NCBI GenBank assembly: GCA_013178255.1
Contig: JABLWY010000001.1
Coordinates: forward strand, 364,503 to 428,502
DNA from: Coprothermobacteraceae bacterium
GTDB lineage: Bacteria; Coprothermobacterota; Coprothermobacteria; Coprothermobacterales; Coprothermobacteraceae
Direction of reading: 5' to 3'
Length of the DNA stretch: 64,000 nucleotides
This document shows positions 27,145 through 36,537 of the stretch, one piece after another. The notes beneath the pieces were generated by a model. It was given only the letters and a program-made list of their open reading frames with translations, was not told where the DNA came from and made no database searches. Position numbers and translations under genes: made by a program. Each line of letters begins with the position of its first letter. The first letter of the stretch is position 1.

Positions 27145-28055
27145 AGATAGCCTTTTTCTCATCAGGCTTGTTTGGTCTGCCTATCCTAGAGCAGCTCGTC
27201 GCTCGAGGACACGATGTGACGCTCATTACAAAAAGCGACACGCCTAGAGGTCGTGGTCTGTCGCCCCAGCCTAGTCCTCCTGCAGAGCTCGCTGCTCGTC
27301 TGGGCCTTCCGACACTGAAAATTACGAGCATGAAGGGGGACCTAATTAGTTGGTACGACAGTCAGCTGTTCGATGTGGCCATAGTCGTAGACTTCGGCTT
27401 TTACATTCCCGAGAAGTTCTATGCCCACCCGCACACTACCATGGTTAACGTTCACCCCTCCATGTTACCCAAATACCGTGGAGCGAGCCCTATAAGGCGA
27501 GCAATTTGGAATGGCGAGCAGCAGACCGGTGTTAGCCTGATAAAGGTTTCCAAAGGAATGGACGAAGGAGACATTTATTTGCAACGGGCTATCCCCATAG
27601 GTGAGAAGGATGATGTGGTTTCTTTGACTCCCAAGCTGCAGGTTTTGGCTTTAGATCTTCTAGATGAATTCCTGTTTAGGTTGCAGCAGGGTACGTTAGT
27701 TTCCTTTCCTCAACAAGGTGAGCCGACCATAGCGCCCAAGATTAAGCCTGAGGAAGAGTGGATTGTGTGGCGCCAGTCTGCTTGGTCTATCAGGAATCAG
27801 GTAAGGGCTCTAGCTGATGTAGGCGCAAAAACCACGCTTCTTGGCAAAGTGCTCAAAGTCTTCAGGGCAGACGTAGAAGAGTCAGCTCCAGATATGGATG
27901 CTGGCTACTACATGGTTATGGGCGACCGTCTGCTGGTAGGTACCGGGTTTGGGGTACTGTCTATCAGGGAATTGCAGTTGGAAGGCAAGAAGCGTCAAAC
28001 AGCAGAGAGTTTTGTTAGAGGTTTGCGGACCAAGGAGGGCACATTGGGTGAATAG
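27141..28055 (+). CDS. fmt: Methionyl-tRNA formyltransferase
   Basis: MKIAFFSSGLFGLPILEQL…, HPSMLPKYRGASPI (SLLP motif) and the C-terminal domain. Confidence 0.9.
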   Translation: MKIAFFSSGLFGLPILEQLVARGHDVTLITKSDTPRGRGLSPQPSPPAELAARLGLPTLKITSMKGDLISWYDSQLFDVAIVVDFGFYIPEKFYAHPHTTMVNVHPSMLPKYRGASPIRRAIWNGEQQTGVSLIKVSKGMDEGDIYLQRAIPIGEKDDVVSLTPKLQVLALDLLDEFLFRLQQGTLVSFPQQGEPTIAPKIKPEEEWIVWRQSAWSIRNQVRALADVGAKTTLLGKVLKVFRADVEESAPDMDAGYYMVMGDRLLVGTGFGVLSIRELQLEGKKRQTAESFVRGLRTKEGTLGE

Positions 28056-28056
28056 G

Positions 28057-28677
28057 GTGCTATCGACGGTGCCAGGCGTGTTACTGTCTCTTTACTTCGT
28101 GGCCATCATCGTGTACACGAGCTTGGTGTACGGAGAGCTTAGTTCGAAAGTTGTCCCACTGCGCGAAAGGTTGAGCGACGTTTTTCCCAGGTTGCTGCCG
28201 TGGGTTTCGCTGTTCAGGTTCAAGGTTAGAGCCGACATAGTATCACCTTATGTGGACACACACAACGACTTTGTCTACCTGCCAGAGCGGATGCTCATGC
28301 ACAGCAACGTCTGGAACGTAACCCAGGTTACTCGCACAGTGGGTGAGGCGTTGCAGATTAGGAGCTCACTATGGGTTCACTTTTACAGGTTGCGGCCCGT
28401 CTTTAGGTGGATATTCCTGGCAGGTTTCTTTGCAGCGTTGTTCGCTTCAAATCGTAGCGGGTTCTACTTCTTCGGGTTGATGGGCGCGTTGTTCGACTTC
28501 GTCAGCTTCGTGTTGTCCACCGATGCCATCAACCGTGGACGATTGGTACTCGCTTTCTACTCAGCCGAAGCCGCAGCTCAGGTCAGGCTACTCCCACCCG
28601 ATTTTGTTATTGGTGCTCTTACTGAGCCTTATCGCATTCTAAGGCTTGCCATATACCGAGTCAGGTGGGGGGCTTAG
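28057..28677 (+). CDS. Hypothetical membrane protein
   Basis: ORF from 27949 trimmed to the first GTG after the fmt stop. Two N-terminal and two central TM helices. Confidence 0.4.
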   Translation: MLSTVPGVLLSLYFVAIIVYTSLVYGELSSKVVPLRERLSDVFPRLLPWVSLFRFKVRADIVSPYVDTHNDFVYLPERMLMHSNVWNVTQVTRTVGEALQIRSSLWVHFYRLRPVFRWIFLAGFFAALFASNRSGFYFFGLMGALFDFVSFVLSTDAINRGRLVLAFYSAEAAAQVRLLPPDFVIGALTEPYRILRLAIYRVRWGA

Positions 28678-28680
28678 TTC

Positions 28681-29295
28681 ATGGGCCCGCTCCTACTTCT
28701 TGCTGTTCTTTTCGTATCAGTTTTCATTCTCGTGCCCATATTCCTTCTCGGGGTGGCTTTGGTGTCTCTAGTAGAAGCGCCTAGCCAACTACTCTACTTG
28801 ATACGAAATCCCCAGGTAAGGAAGAACCATGCCTTAGAACACGCTACCATCAACCTTCTTCAAGCTGACTACGGTCTCAGGCTTTCGGGCATGAGTTATC
28901 CAGACAGGTTTGTTGTATTCGGGGTCGCTGATCCCTACGCTGTCATGGCTGCAGCTCAGCGGGCAAAACAGCTGCTAGGGCAGGGGCGAACGGACTTGGT
29001 GGTTCATCCACGGTGTGGCACCACGGCTGTGCTGACCGCGTTCTTCTTTGCGGTGCTGTTTATCTTGTTGTCTTGGATTTTGGGTTTGTTCTCTTGGATA
29101 AATATACTTTTGGCTGTCACGTTGGCTTGGGCTGTGGGGAGCACGGTGAGTCCGTGGGTACAAAAACACGTGACTACGGATGCGCGAGTGGGAGACTTGG
29201 ATATACTGGGTGCCGATTATGCCTATTACTGGGCTTTCCCTGCAGGTGTTGTAGTATATACGAAGGAGAGCAACGTGCGATGGGCCATAAGGTGA
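28681..29295 (+). CDS. Hypothetical membrane protein with conserved HALEHAT motif
   Basis: 204 aa with TM helices at both ends and NHALEHATINLLQ between them. Confidence 0.45.
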   Translation: MGPLLLLAVLFVSVFILVPIFLLGVALVSLVEAPSQLLYLIRNPQVRKNHALEHATINLLQADYGLRLSGMSYPDRFVVFGVADPYAVMAAAQRAKQLLGQGRTDLVVHPRCGTTAVLTAFFFAVLFILLSWILGLFSWINILLAVTLAWAVGSTVSPWVQKHVTTDARVGDLDILGADYAYYWAFPAGVVVYTKESNVRWAIR

Positions 29296-29960
29296 AGTTC
29301 TGGTCTGCGGTTCTTATTATGTTGCTTGCTTTGAGTGTTGCGAGCACAGCGTCAGCGCAAAGCACGGGCCGTATCCCCTTGGTGACAGGTCTAACTATAA
29401 ACCAGGCTTTGGCAAGGCTAGCAGAAAACCACTATACGGCCGCTGTGGAATATGAGTACGCTACCGTGTCCCCGGGGATTGTCATTGCTCAAACGCCTGA
29501 CGGCGGCATATTGGCACCGCCTGGTCAACAGGTGAAACTGGTAGTGTCTAAGGGCGTTCGCTTAGTGGAGATACCCAATGTCGTTGGTATGAGCGGAGCG
29601 GAAGCCATTGATAACATAAGGAGCCTCGGGCTTCGTCTGGGGACCATTACAGAACTGCAAACAGGCCAGCGTTTCGTCGTTATAGGGCAAGAGCCTAAGC
29701 CTGGTCAGCTCACCGTAGAGGGCGACGTGGTGAGCATTACCGTTGGGATACCCAAGTTGGTAAGAGTCCCCGCAGTCATAGGATTGACGTTAGACCAAGC
29801 CTTAACCCAGATAAAGGCTTCTGGCTTGTCGGTGGGTAAAGTGACCCGTACGGCTACTAGTTCTACAGAAATAGAAGTGGTTAAGTCGCAATCACCACGC
29901 AGCGGTGTTTATCGCTACCAAGGTACGGCGGTAGACTTGGAGGTTTGGTCCCCCAAATGA
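29280..29960 (+). CDS. Secreted stand-alone PASTA-domain protein (three PASTA repeats, no kinase or transpeptidase domain)
   Basis: Signal peptide MGHKVKFWSAVLIMLLALSVASTASAQS. Three PASTA-like repeats of roughly 65 aa each (…IPLVTGLTINQA…, …VEIPNVVGMSGAEA…, …VRVPAVIGLTLDQA…). The ORF from 29013 was trimmed to this ATG. Confidence 0.75.
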   Translation: MGHKVKFWSAVLIMLLALSVASTASAQSTGRIPLVTGLTINQALARLAENHYTAAVEYEYATVSPGIVIAQTPDGGILAPPGQQVKLVVSKGVRLVEIPNVVGMSGAEAIDNIRSLGLRLGTITELQTGQRFVVIGQEPKPGQLTVEGDVVSITVGIPKLVRVPAVIGLTLDQALTQIKASGLSVGKVTRTATSSTEIEVVKSQSPRSGVYRYQGTAVDLEVWSPK

Positions 29961-30820
29961 AGGTCCTCTTCTTGGGGAGGATCATGCGCATAGAGCGTTA
30001 CCAAGTAGTGGTGGCGCACGAGCGAATGCTTTACAAAGGGCTAGTGCGCAAGAAACTGTGGGACACCGATAAGCTCATGGTTAACGATCGCGTTTGGTTT
30101 TCGCGCATTAATGCTGATGAAGTGGCAGTGGAACGGCTTCTGCCGCGGCGCAATTTTCTAAGAAGGCCCCCAGTGGCCAATTTGGACCTTGTGGTTTACG
30201 TGCACTCAATTAAGCATCCCGAATCGGAGGTGAAGTACTTAGACCTTACCCTCGGCTTAGCAGGCTTGTGGGGCATCGATGCACTGGTGTTGCTCCATAA
30301 GGCCGACCTTGCAGAGGAAAACACTCTCCATGAGTTAGCTGGGCTATACCAATCCCTAGGATACAAAGTAATGGTTACGTCCATACATTGGGACCTCAGC
30401 GAAGTAAAGACACATCTCAGCGGGAAGTGCAGCCTGTTCACTGGCCCGTCCGGGGCCGGTAAGAGCAGCATCATCAAGAAGCTTTGGGAAGATGCGCCCG
30501 TACGCGTGGGTGACATCACAAGAAGGGGCAAGGGCAGACATACCACTTCTTGGGTGGAGCTGCTCGAAATGGATGATGCGTTTGTCGTTGATGCTCCAGG
30601 GTTTTCTTTGCTTGACCCTCCTCCCATGTCCCCTCGTGAGGTTCAGCTTCTTTTTCCTGAGATATGGTCGCTATCCAATCAATGCTTTTTTGACGACTGC
30701 TTGCACGTTAAGGAGCCCCGCTGTGCCGTCAAGGAAGCAGTTAGGGAAGGTAAGATCGCCCACAGCAGATATGCGTCCTACAAATACTGGCTTGAGAAGA
30801 CACAGGAGGAAAGAGCATGA
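29945..30820 (+). CDS. rsgA: Ribosome small-subunit-dependent GTPase A (RsgA/YjeQ/CpgA)
   Basis: OB domain, circularly permuted GTPase (LHKADL…FTGPSGAGKSS) and a C-terminal zinc finger (CFFDDCLHVKEPRCAV). Confidence 0.85.
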   Translation: MVPQMKVLFLGRIMRIERYQVVVAHERMLYKGLVRKKLWDTDKLMVNDRVWFSRINADEVAVERLLPRRNFLRRPPVANLDLVVYVHSIKHPESEVKYLDLTLGLAGLWGIDALVLLHKADLAEENTLHELAGLYQSLGYKVMVTSIHWDLSEVKTHLSGKCSLFTGPSGAGKSSIIKKLWEDAPVRVGDITRRGKGRHTTSWVELLEMDDAFVVDAPGFSLLDPPPMSPREVQLLFPEIWSLSNQCFFDDCLHVKEPRCAVKEAVREGKIAHSRYASYKYWLEKTQEERA

Positions 30821-31461
30821 AGAAACTGATTCCTTCACTTCTGTCGGCGGACTTTTGGTGTCTAAGTGAACAGCTGAATGTCCTTCTCAAACACGGTTTG
30901 GATACGCTGCACATCGATGTCATGGACGGCGTATTCGTTCCCAACATCTCTTTGGGGACGCCCATAGTGGCTAGCCTGAGCCAACGCAGCCATTTCATAT
31001 TGGATGTGCACTTGATGATTGAAGATCCCGAGAAGATGGTACAAGCTTTCAAGGAAGCCGGTGCTCACATCATAACTGTCCATTGGGAAGCTTCTCCCCA
31101 CATTCATCGCACATTGCAGCGTATTAAGGAGATTGGGGCCATGGCGGGTGTTTCCATAAATCCAGGGACACCCGTAGATGTGCTAAGACCTGTGCTTCAT
31201 TTGGTGGACCTAGTCCTTGTCATGAGCGTCAACCCGGGTTTCGGCGGGCAGGAATTTCTACCTGAGGTTCTTCCCAAGATTGAAAAACTCAAAGAATGGC
31301 AATCTAGCTACCAATATGTCATAGAAGTGGACGGTGGCATGAACCCGCAAACGGCCGCCTTGGCTATACAGTCAGGTGCCCAGTGGATTGTGGCTGGTAG
31401 CTCAGTATTCAGAGGCAATGTGGAACAAAACGTAGTGGACCTTCTCAAAGTGCTAAAATAG
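30817..31461 (+). CDS. rpe: Ribulose-phosphate 3-epimerase
   Basis: SLLSADF…LHIDVMDGVFVPNISLG, MSVNPGFGGQEF, VDGG. Confidence 0.9.
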   Translation: MKKLIPSLLSADFWCLSEQLNVLLKHGLDTLHIDVMDGVFVPNISLGTPIVASLSQRSHFILDVHLMIEDPEKMVQAFKEAGAHIITVHWEASPHIHRTLQRIKEIGAMAGVSINPGTPVDVLRPVLHLVDLVLVMSVNPGFGGQEFLPEVLPKIEKLKEWQSSYQYVIEVDGGMNPQTAALAIQSGAQWIVAGSSVFRGNVEQNVVDLLKVLK

Positions 31462-31466
31462 TTCTA

Positions 31467-32534
31467 ATGAAGAATAAGAGGCCAAGGGAATTTTTTCCTA
31501 AATTGGCTCTCATAATAGCGCTAGCAGTTGTGGCAGGCAACCTGAAAGCCATATCGGTGTTTCTGGGGACAGGAGGGGTAAATATGAATGAAGTGCTCGG
31601 AATGCTTGGGAATATCAGTTATGTACTCCTGGGGTTAGGTCTGTTGTGGCTCGTCATATGGCTCATATTGGCATACATGTCCAAACAGAGGGGTACGTTG
31701 GCGGTGCTAGCAGTGTTCACCTTGACCTGGGGCGCTGTTGGCACATGGCGCGCTAGCGCAGGTGACGTCATTTCTTTGTTTGTGCTGTTCATCTTGCTAT
31801 GGGTGACACTACCGCCCATGCTCAAGATAGTCAATCAGTATCAGCGGGCCGTACTCCTACGCTTCGGTAAGTTTGCGGGTATACTCGAACCTGGTCTCAA
31901 TGTCATATTGCCTTGGGGTATTGACCGGGCTATGTACATAGACTTGAGGACAACGACCATTGATGTACCCCGGCAAGACATTATCACAAAAGACAACGTA
32001 CCTGTTTCGGTGGATGCAGTAGTCTACTTCTTTGTCTTTGACCCCAAGCTTGCTTTGTTGGCTGTGCAAGATTTCAGGCAAGCAACCACTCTGCTAGCCC
32101 AAACTATGTTGCGGTCGGTACTTGGTTCACACGAACTAGATGAAATGCTCACTCAGCGAGAGAAGCTAAATGAGGTCCTCAGAAATGACTTGGACAAAGC
32201 TACAGATCCTTGGGGTGTCAGGGTGACAGGTGTGGAAATAAAGGCTGTGGACCTCCCCGAAGGTATGAAGCGGGCTATGGCAAAGCAGGCTGAGGCTGAA
32301 AGAGAACGAAGGGCTAAGATCATCGCTGCCGAAGGCGAGTACCAAGCGTCTGAGAAGATAGCGCAGGCTGCAGAAGTCATAGGTAAGACCAAAGTTGGTG
32401 TAATGCTTAGGATGCTTCAGACGCTAAATGACATAGCTGCTGAGAAAAACAGTACCATAATCTTCCCATTGCCTATGGAGATTCTGAGGTACTTCAACAA
32501 GGCAGGCGACTTTGGAGATGAAGCAAGTAGTTAA
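31467..32534 (+). CDS. SPFH/band-7 (stomatin-like) membrane protein
   Basis: N-terminal TM region then an SPFH core (YQRAVLLRFGKFAGILEPGLNVILPWGIDRAMYIDLRTTTIDVP…) and a coiled-coil tail. Confidence 0.8.
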   Translation: MKNKRPREFFPKLALIIALAVVAGNLKAISVFLGTGGVNMNEVLGMLGNISYVLLGLGLLWLVIWLILAYMSKQRGTLAVLAVFTLTWGAVGTWRASAGDVISLFVLFILLWVTLPPMLKIVNQYQRAVLLRFGKFAGILEPGLNVILPWGIDRAMYIDLRTTTIDVPRQDIITKDNVPVSVDAVVYFFVFDPKLALLAVQDFRQATTLLAQTMLRSVLGSHELDEMLTQREKLNEVLRNDLDKATDPWGVRVTGVEIKAVDLPEGMKRAMAKQAEAERERRAKIIAAEGEYQASEKIAQAAEVIGKTKVGVMLRMLQTLNDIAAEKNSTIIFPLPMEILRYFNKAGDFGDEASS

Positions 32535-32712
32535 GGCTGTGATTGTAATAGGCCTAGTAATTGGGCTACTTTTTGGTGGACTTTACTTGTTTGGATACTA
32601 CAACCAATCTGTGATGACACCTCAACAAATCGATTGGGAGCACTACTTCAGGGAGATTATGAAACAGGTGGTCGGCCCCGGAAAGGCAACACCTTTCTGG
32701 AGCACCCACTGA
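32512..32712 (+). CDS. Small single-TM protein
   Basis: 66 aa with one TM helix, overlapping the SPFH gene end. Could be an NfeD-replacing partner, which is speculative. Confidence 0.3.
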   Translation: MEMKQVVKAVIVIGLVIGLLFGGLYLFGYYNQSVMTPQQIDWEHYFREIMKQVVGPGKATPFWSTH

Positions 32713-32724
32713 GGAGGCGATAGG

Positions 32725-33933
32725 GTGGCTCGAGTATACCTGGAGAACGTCTGGAAAAGGTTTGGTAAGGTTGTGGCGGTGAAAGATCTCACGATGGAGA
32801 TCAAAGATGGCGAGTTTTTCGTACTACTGGGCCCGAGCGGTTGTGGAAAGACGACCACATTGAGGATGATAGCTGGTTTGGAAGACATAAGCGAGGGCAA
32901 CATCTACATAGGTGAACGTTTGGTCAACGACGTGCATCCAAAAGACCGCGACATAGCCATGGTGTTTCAGAACTATGCCCTTTATCCTCATATGTCTGTG
33001 TTTGACAACATTGCTTTTGGTCTGAAGCTTAGGGGTGTCCCCAAAGGCGACATAGAAAAAAGGGTAGCAGAGGTTGCTGAATGGTTGGGGCTAAAGGATT
33101 TCTTGGGCCGGAGGCCGCGGGAACTGTCTGGCGGTCAGCGTCAAAGAGTGGCCTTGGCCCGTGCTCTGGTGCGTAGGCCACAGGTTTTTCTCATGGATGA
33201 ACCGCTGTCAAACTTAGACGCCAAACTAAGGACTCAAGCTCGCGGTGAACTTCTGAGGTTGCACAAGAGTTTCCCCGTTACCACAGTGTACGTGACCCAT
33301 GACCAAGTGGAAGCAATGACTCTTGGAGACAGGGTGGCCGTGATGCACGATGGTGTATTGCAGCAGGTGGATACCCCTCAGATGCTCTACTTCTACCCCG
33401 CCAATCATTTCGTGGCAGGTTTCGTAGGGACACCACCTATGAACTTCTTGGAGGTAGACATCGTCGTCGAGGGGCAACAAACGTACCTGCAGCACAAGTC
33501 GGTGAGATTACCTGCCACCGAGGATATGGTCGACTTGTTACGTGGTTACAACAAGGGTAAAGCGGTATTGGGCATAAGACCTCAGGATGTGCATTTGGCA
33601 GACGAAGTATCTCACGTAGTTAATCCGTCTTGGGTTGTCCCCTGCACCAGCGATGTGGTAGAGAAGCTCGGCACGGAAACATACGTGCACTTTTCTCTTG
33701 ACGGCTCAAAAGTAGTGGGCCGCGTTTCACCAGTGCGCAACGTAATAATGGATTCCGACTACAAGATATACCTTGACCTCACAGGTGCACACTTGTTCGA
33801 TCCGGATGTAGGCACACGAGTAGCTAGCGGCACACGTCCTGAGCGTATCGAAAGCCGTCTGAGAAAACGGGAGGAATATGCAGACTTACCTGCTACCGGT
33901 GAAACAGAGAGCAGTGAAGAAGACCACCGGTAG
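32725..33933 (+). CDS. Sugar ABC transporter ATP-binding protein (MalK/MsmX/UgpC type), orphan
   Basis: Walker A GPSGCGKTT, signature LSGGQRQRVALAR, Walker B VFLMDEPLSNLD, C-terminal TOBE/MalK regulatory domain. No adjacent permease or binding protein. Confidence 0.85.
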   Translation: MARVYLENVWKRFGKVVAVKDLTMEIKDGEFFVLLGPSGCGKTTTLRMIAGLEDISEGNIYIGERLVNDVHPKDRDIAMVFQNYALYPHMSVFDNIAFGLKLRGVPKGDIEKRVAEVAEWLGLKDFLGRRPRELSGGQRQRVALARALVRRPQVFLMDEPLSNLDAKLRTQARGELLRLHKSFPVTTVYVTHDQVEAMTLGDRVAVMHDGVLQQVDTPQMLYFYPANHFVAGFVGTPPMNFLEVDIVVEGQQTYLQHKSVRLPATEDMVDLLRGYNKGKAVLGIRPQDVHLADEVSHVVNPSWVVPCTSDVVEKLGTETYVHFSLDGSKVVGRVSPVRNVIMDSDYKIYLDLTGAHLFDPDVGTRVASGTRPERIESRLRKREEYADLPATGETESSEEDHR

Positions 33934-33962
33934 CGTAGAGACGATTCAATAGTCAAGGAATC

Positions 33963-35306
33963 ATGGAGAAGCCAGTCTCAATGCGCACGGTGTTAGTGGC
34001 CGACGATGAACCCTCTATCAGAGAGTTGGTCCAAGCGGTTCTTTCACAGCAGGACCTGAAGGTTCTTACGGCTTCTGATGGCGCCGAAGCGTTGGCCATA
34101 TTCGAAAAAGAGCGTATCGATTGTGCCGTAGTGGACCTGCGCATGCCAAGAATGGACGGGTTCAAAGTCCTCGAGCGGTTTGTATTGAAAGGTGTACCCG
34201 TCATAGTCATTACAGCTTACGGCACCTCGGACGTGACGATAGAGGCTATGCGCCTGGGCGCTTATGACTTCATAACCAAACCTTTCGACATCGACGAGTT
34301 AGCAGAGAAGGTACGCAAAGCCATGGACCACTACAAGGCTGCTGAAGTGCTACCTCTGAAGCCTGGGAGCGAGTCACCTATGCTTGTTGGCATGTCCACA
34401 GGCATGCAGGAGGTGTACAAACTCATCGGCAAAGTAGCCCAAACTGATGTTACCGTCCTAATCACAGGAGAATCTGGTACTGGCAAAGAGTTGGTGGGCA
34501 AGGCGATTCATTACAACTCGGCTCGAAGCCGTGGGCCTTTTGTAGTGGTTAACTGTGCCGCCATCCCTGAAGGCTTGCTGGAAAGCGAGCTATTTGGATA
34601 CGAAAAAGGGGCGTTCACGGGTGCTGAGGAGCGGAAGATAGGTAAGTTCGAAATGGCTCACCGAGGGACCATTTTCCTGGACGAGATTGGTGATATGGCA
34701 CCCATGCTGCAGGCTAAGATCCTCAGGGTCCTGCAGGAGCGCGTGGTGGAGAGGGTTGGAGGCACCAAGCCTTTGCCTGTAGACGTGCGCATCATAGCGG
34801 CTACCAACAAGGACTTGCAGGAACTAGTCAATCAGGGCAAGTTCAGGGAGGACCTCTATTTCCGGCTCAACGTTGTGGAGATTAGCTTGCCTCCGCTCAG
34901 AGAGAGAAAAGAGGACATCCCGCTATTGGTGGATCACTTCGTGCGCAAGTACGCGGCTGAAAACAGCAAGGAAGTCACAGGCGTGACACCTGAAGTAATG
35001 TCAGCGTTGATGGCTTACGATTACCCTGGTAACGTGAGGGAGCTAGAGAACATTATTGCTCGTGCTGTGGCTTTGGCTTCTGGCAAGGTCCTGACATCAG
35101 ACCTGCTGCCTACCCATCTCCTGGAGACGCGACCCCAACTCAAACCATTATCTGAACTGCTCATGGAGACCGAACGCAAAGCCTTCCGCCAAGCTGTGGC
35201 ATTGGTAGGGCCTGACCCCAAAAAAGTGGCAGAACTACTCAAAGTGGATACTTCTTACGCGGCCCAACGATTGAAGGAGTGGTTCTCCAATGTTAGTCAT
35301 AGCTGA
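33963..35306 (+). CDS. Sigma-54-dependent response regulator (NtrC family: receiver, AAA+ and Fis HTH)
   Basis: Receiver (VLVADDEPSIRE…DLRMPRMDG), AAA+ Walker A GESGTGKE, GAFTGA motif (EKGAFTGA), C-terminal HTH. Confidence 0.85.
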   Translation: MEKPVSMRTVLVADDEPSIRELVQAVLSQQDLKVLTASDGAEALAIFEKERIDCAVVDLRMPRMDGFKVLERFVLKGVPVIVITAYGTSDVTIEAMRLGAYDFITKPFDIDELAEKVRKAMDHYKAAEVLPLKPGSESPMLVGMSTGMQEVYKLIGKVAQTDVTVLITGESGTGKELVGKAIHYNSARSRGPFVVVNCAAIPEGLLESELFGYEKGAFTGAEERKIGKFEMAHRGTIFLDEIGDMAPMLQAKILRVLQERVVERVGGTKPLPVDVRIIAATNKDLQELVNQGKFREDLYFRLNVVEISLPPLRERKEDIPLLVDHFVRKYAAENSKEVTGVTPEVMSALMAYDYPGNVRELENIIARAVALASGKVLTSDLLPTHLLETRPQLKPLSELLMETERKAFRQAVALVGPDPKKVAELLKVDTSYAAQRLKEWFSNVSHS

Positions 35307-36492
35307 TCTAATCGTCTTCCTTCTCTCCTATGTGGCTGCTGCACTGACAAGGTTTGGGTACCCCGTACCCGCTGAGAACCTAAGAGCCATGTACGTTGTT
35401 GTTCCTTGGACAGCCTTGGTGTTCTTGTCGTCCATGTATTACTTGGACGCCTATTCACGGTACGCTAGGTCTTTCGAGGATTTGGGCTGGGCCGCCTTCA
35501 TTTCTGCGCTCTTTTCGGCACTGGCTGCTATTGTCCTTTCATTCTGGTTGCGTGCCTTTGCCTTTCCGAGGACCGTCATATTGTTGGCGTTCTTGTACCA
35601 GCTCCTGTTCTTCTTGATTTTGACCTATGCCAAGGTCACCATCGCACCCGAGAAGCCCTTTTCAGCCATTACTGCCCTAGGCGTAAGCGAGGAGACGGCA
35701 AAATTGGTAGCGGAAGAAGTTGTGCCACTGGAATCATCTGAGGCTGTCATTGTCAAAGGTGAAGACTTGGTAGGCCTATTGGGGCGGGTAATTGAGCATA
35801 AGAAACCATTAATAATAGACCCCCCGTTGGAACAGATCATGCTCCTCAACGGAGTAACGGTCACCTTTGACGACCACCCATTCATTTTCATCCACTCTTG
35901 GGCTTTCGACGCGGTGCAGGTGGTAGCTAAGAGGATAATCGACATTCTTGCAGGCCTTGTGGGAAGTCTTATGACAGTGTTCTTGCTACCTTTTGTCGCT
36001 CTGGCCATATACTTGGACTCGCCAGGGCCTGTGTTCTACACCCAGCTGCGGCTGGGAAGGGGAGGCAAGCCATTCAGGCTTGTCAAGTTTAGGACAATGA
36101 TACCTGACGCTGAGAGATTCACAGGTCCTGTACTTGCAGGCGATGATGACCCAAGAATAACAAGAGTCGGTCGCTTTCTGAGAAAGACTCGTTTGGACGA
36201 GCTACCGCAGTTCTTTAACATATTAATAGGCGAAATGTCGTTGGTGGGGCCGCGACCAGAAAGGCCTGAGCTTTACGAACAGATCAGGCGTGATGTGCCT
36301 GAATTCTATGCTCGTCTTCTGGTGAAGCCAGGCCTAACGGGCTATGCACAAGTCTACGCTAGCTACAGCGTGGATTTCCGGTATAAGTTGTTCTATGACC
36401 TGCTGTACATTACTAAGCCAAGCGTGCTGTCCGCGGACCTCAAAGTAATCTTGCTGACCGTACGTACGGTTTTCAAGAGGGCTGGTAAGTAA
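35290..36492 (+). CDS. Exopolysaccharide priming polyprenyl-phosphate hexose-1-phosphate transferase (bacterial sugar transferase, WbaP/EpsL type)
   Basis: N-terminal TM bundle and a C-terminal catalytic domain (…FRLVKFRTM…DDPRITRVGRFLRKTRLDELPQFFNIL.GEMSLVGPRPERPE…). 17 nt overlap with the EBP gene. Confidence 0.85.
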   Translation: MLVIADLIVFLLSYVAAALTRFGYPVPAENLRAMYVVVPWTALVFLSSMYYLDAYSRYARSFEDLGWAAFISALFSALAAIVLSFWLRAFAFPRTVILLAFLYQLLFFLILTYAKVTIAPEKPFSAITALGVSEETAKLVAEEVVPLESSEAVIVKGEDLVGLLGRVIEHKKPLIIDPPLEQIMLLNGVTVTFDDHPFIFIHSWAFDAVQVVAKRIIDILAGLVGSLMTVFLLPFVALAIYLDSPGPVFYTQLRLGRGGKPFRLVKFRTMIPDAERFTGPVLAGDDDPRITRVGRFLRKTRLDELPQFFNILIGEMSLVGPRPERPELYEQIRRDVPEFYARLLVKPGLTGYAQVYASYSVDFRYKLFYDLLYITKPSVLSADLKVILLTVRTVFKRAGK

Positions 36493-36518
36493 AAAAGGGC
36501 GCCCGCTTCGGAGCGCCC
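36491..36518 (-). terminator. Intrinsic terminator of hup (GC hairpin with UUCG-containing loop plus U6 on the minus strand). Also immediately follows the sugar transferase stop on the plus strand
   Basis: Minus-sense GGGCGCUCCGAAGCGGGCGCCC followed by UUUUUU. Confidence 0.7.
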
Positions 36519-36537
36519 CAGTCGCCTACGCTGCTGA

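Noticed and set aside
28975-29020. TGGCAC-N5 sequence resembling a sigma-54 -24 element
   Set aside because: It lacks the TTGC -12 element at the correct spacing and lies inside a coding region.
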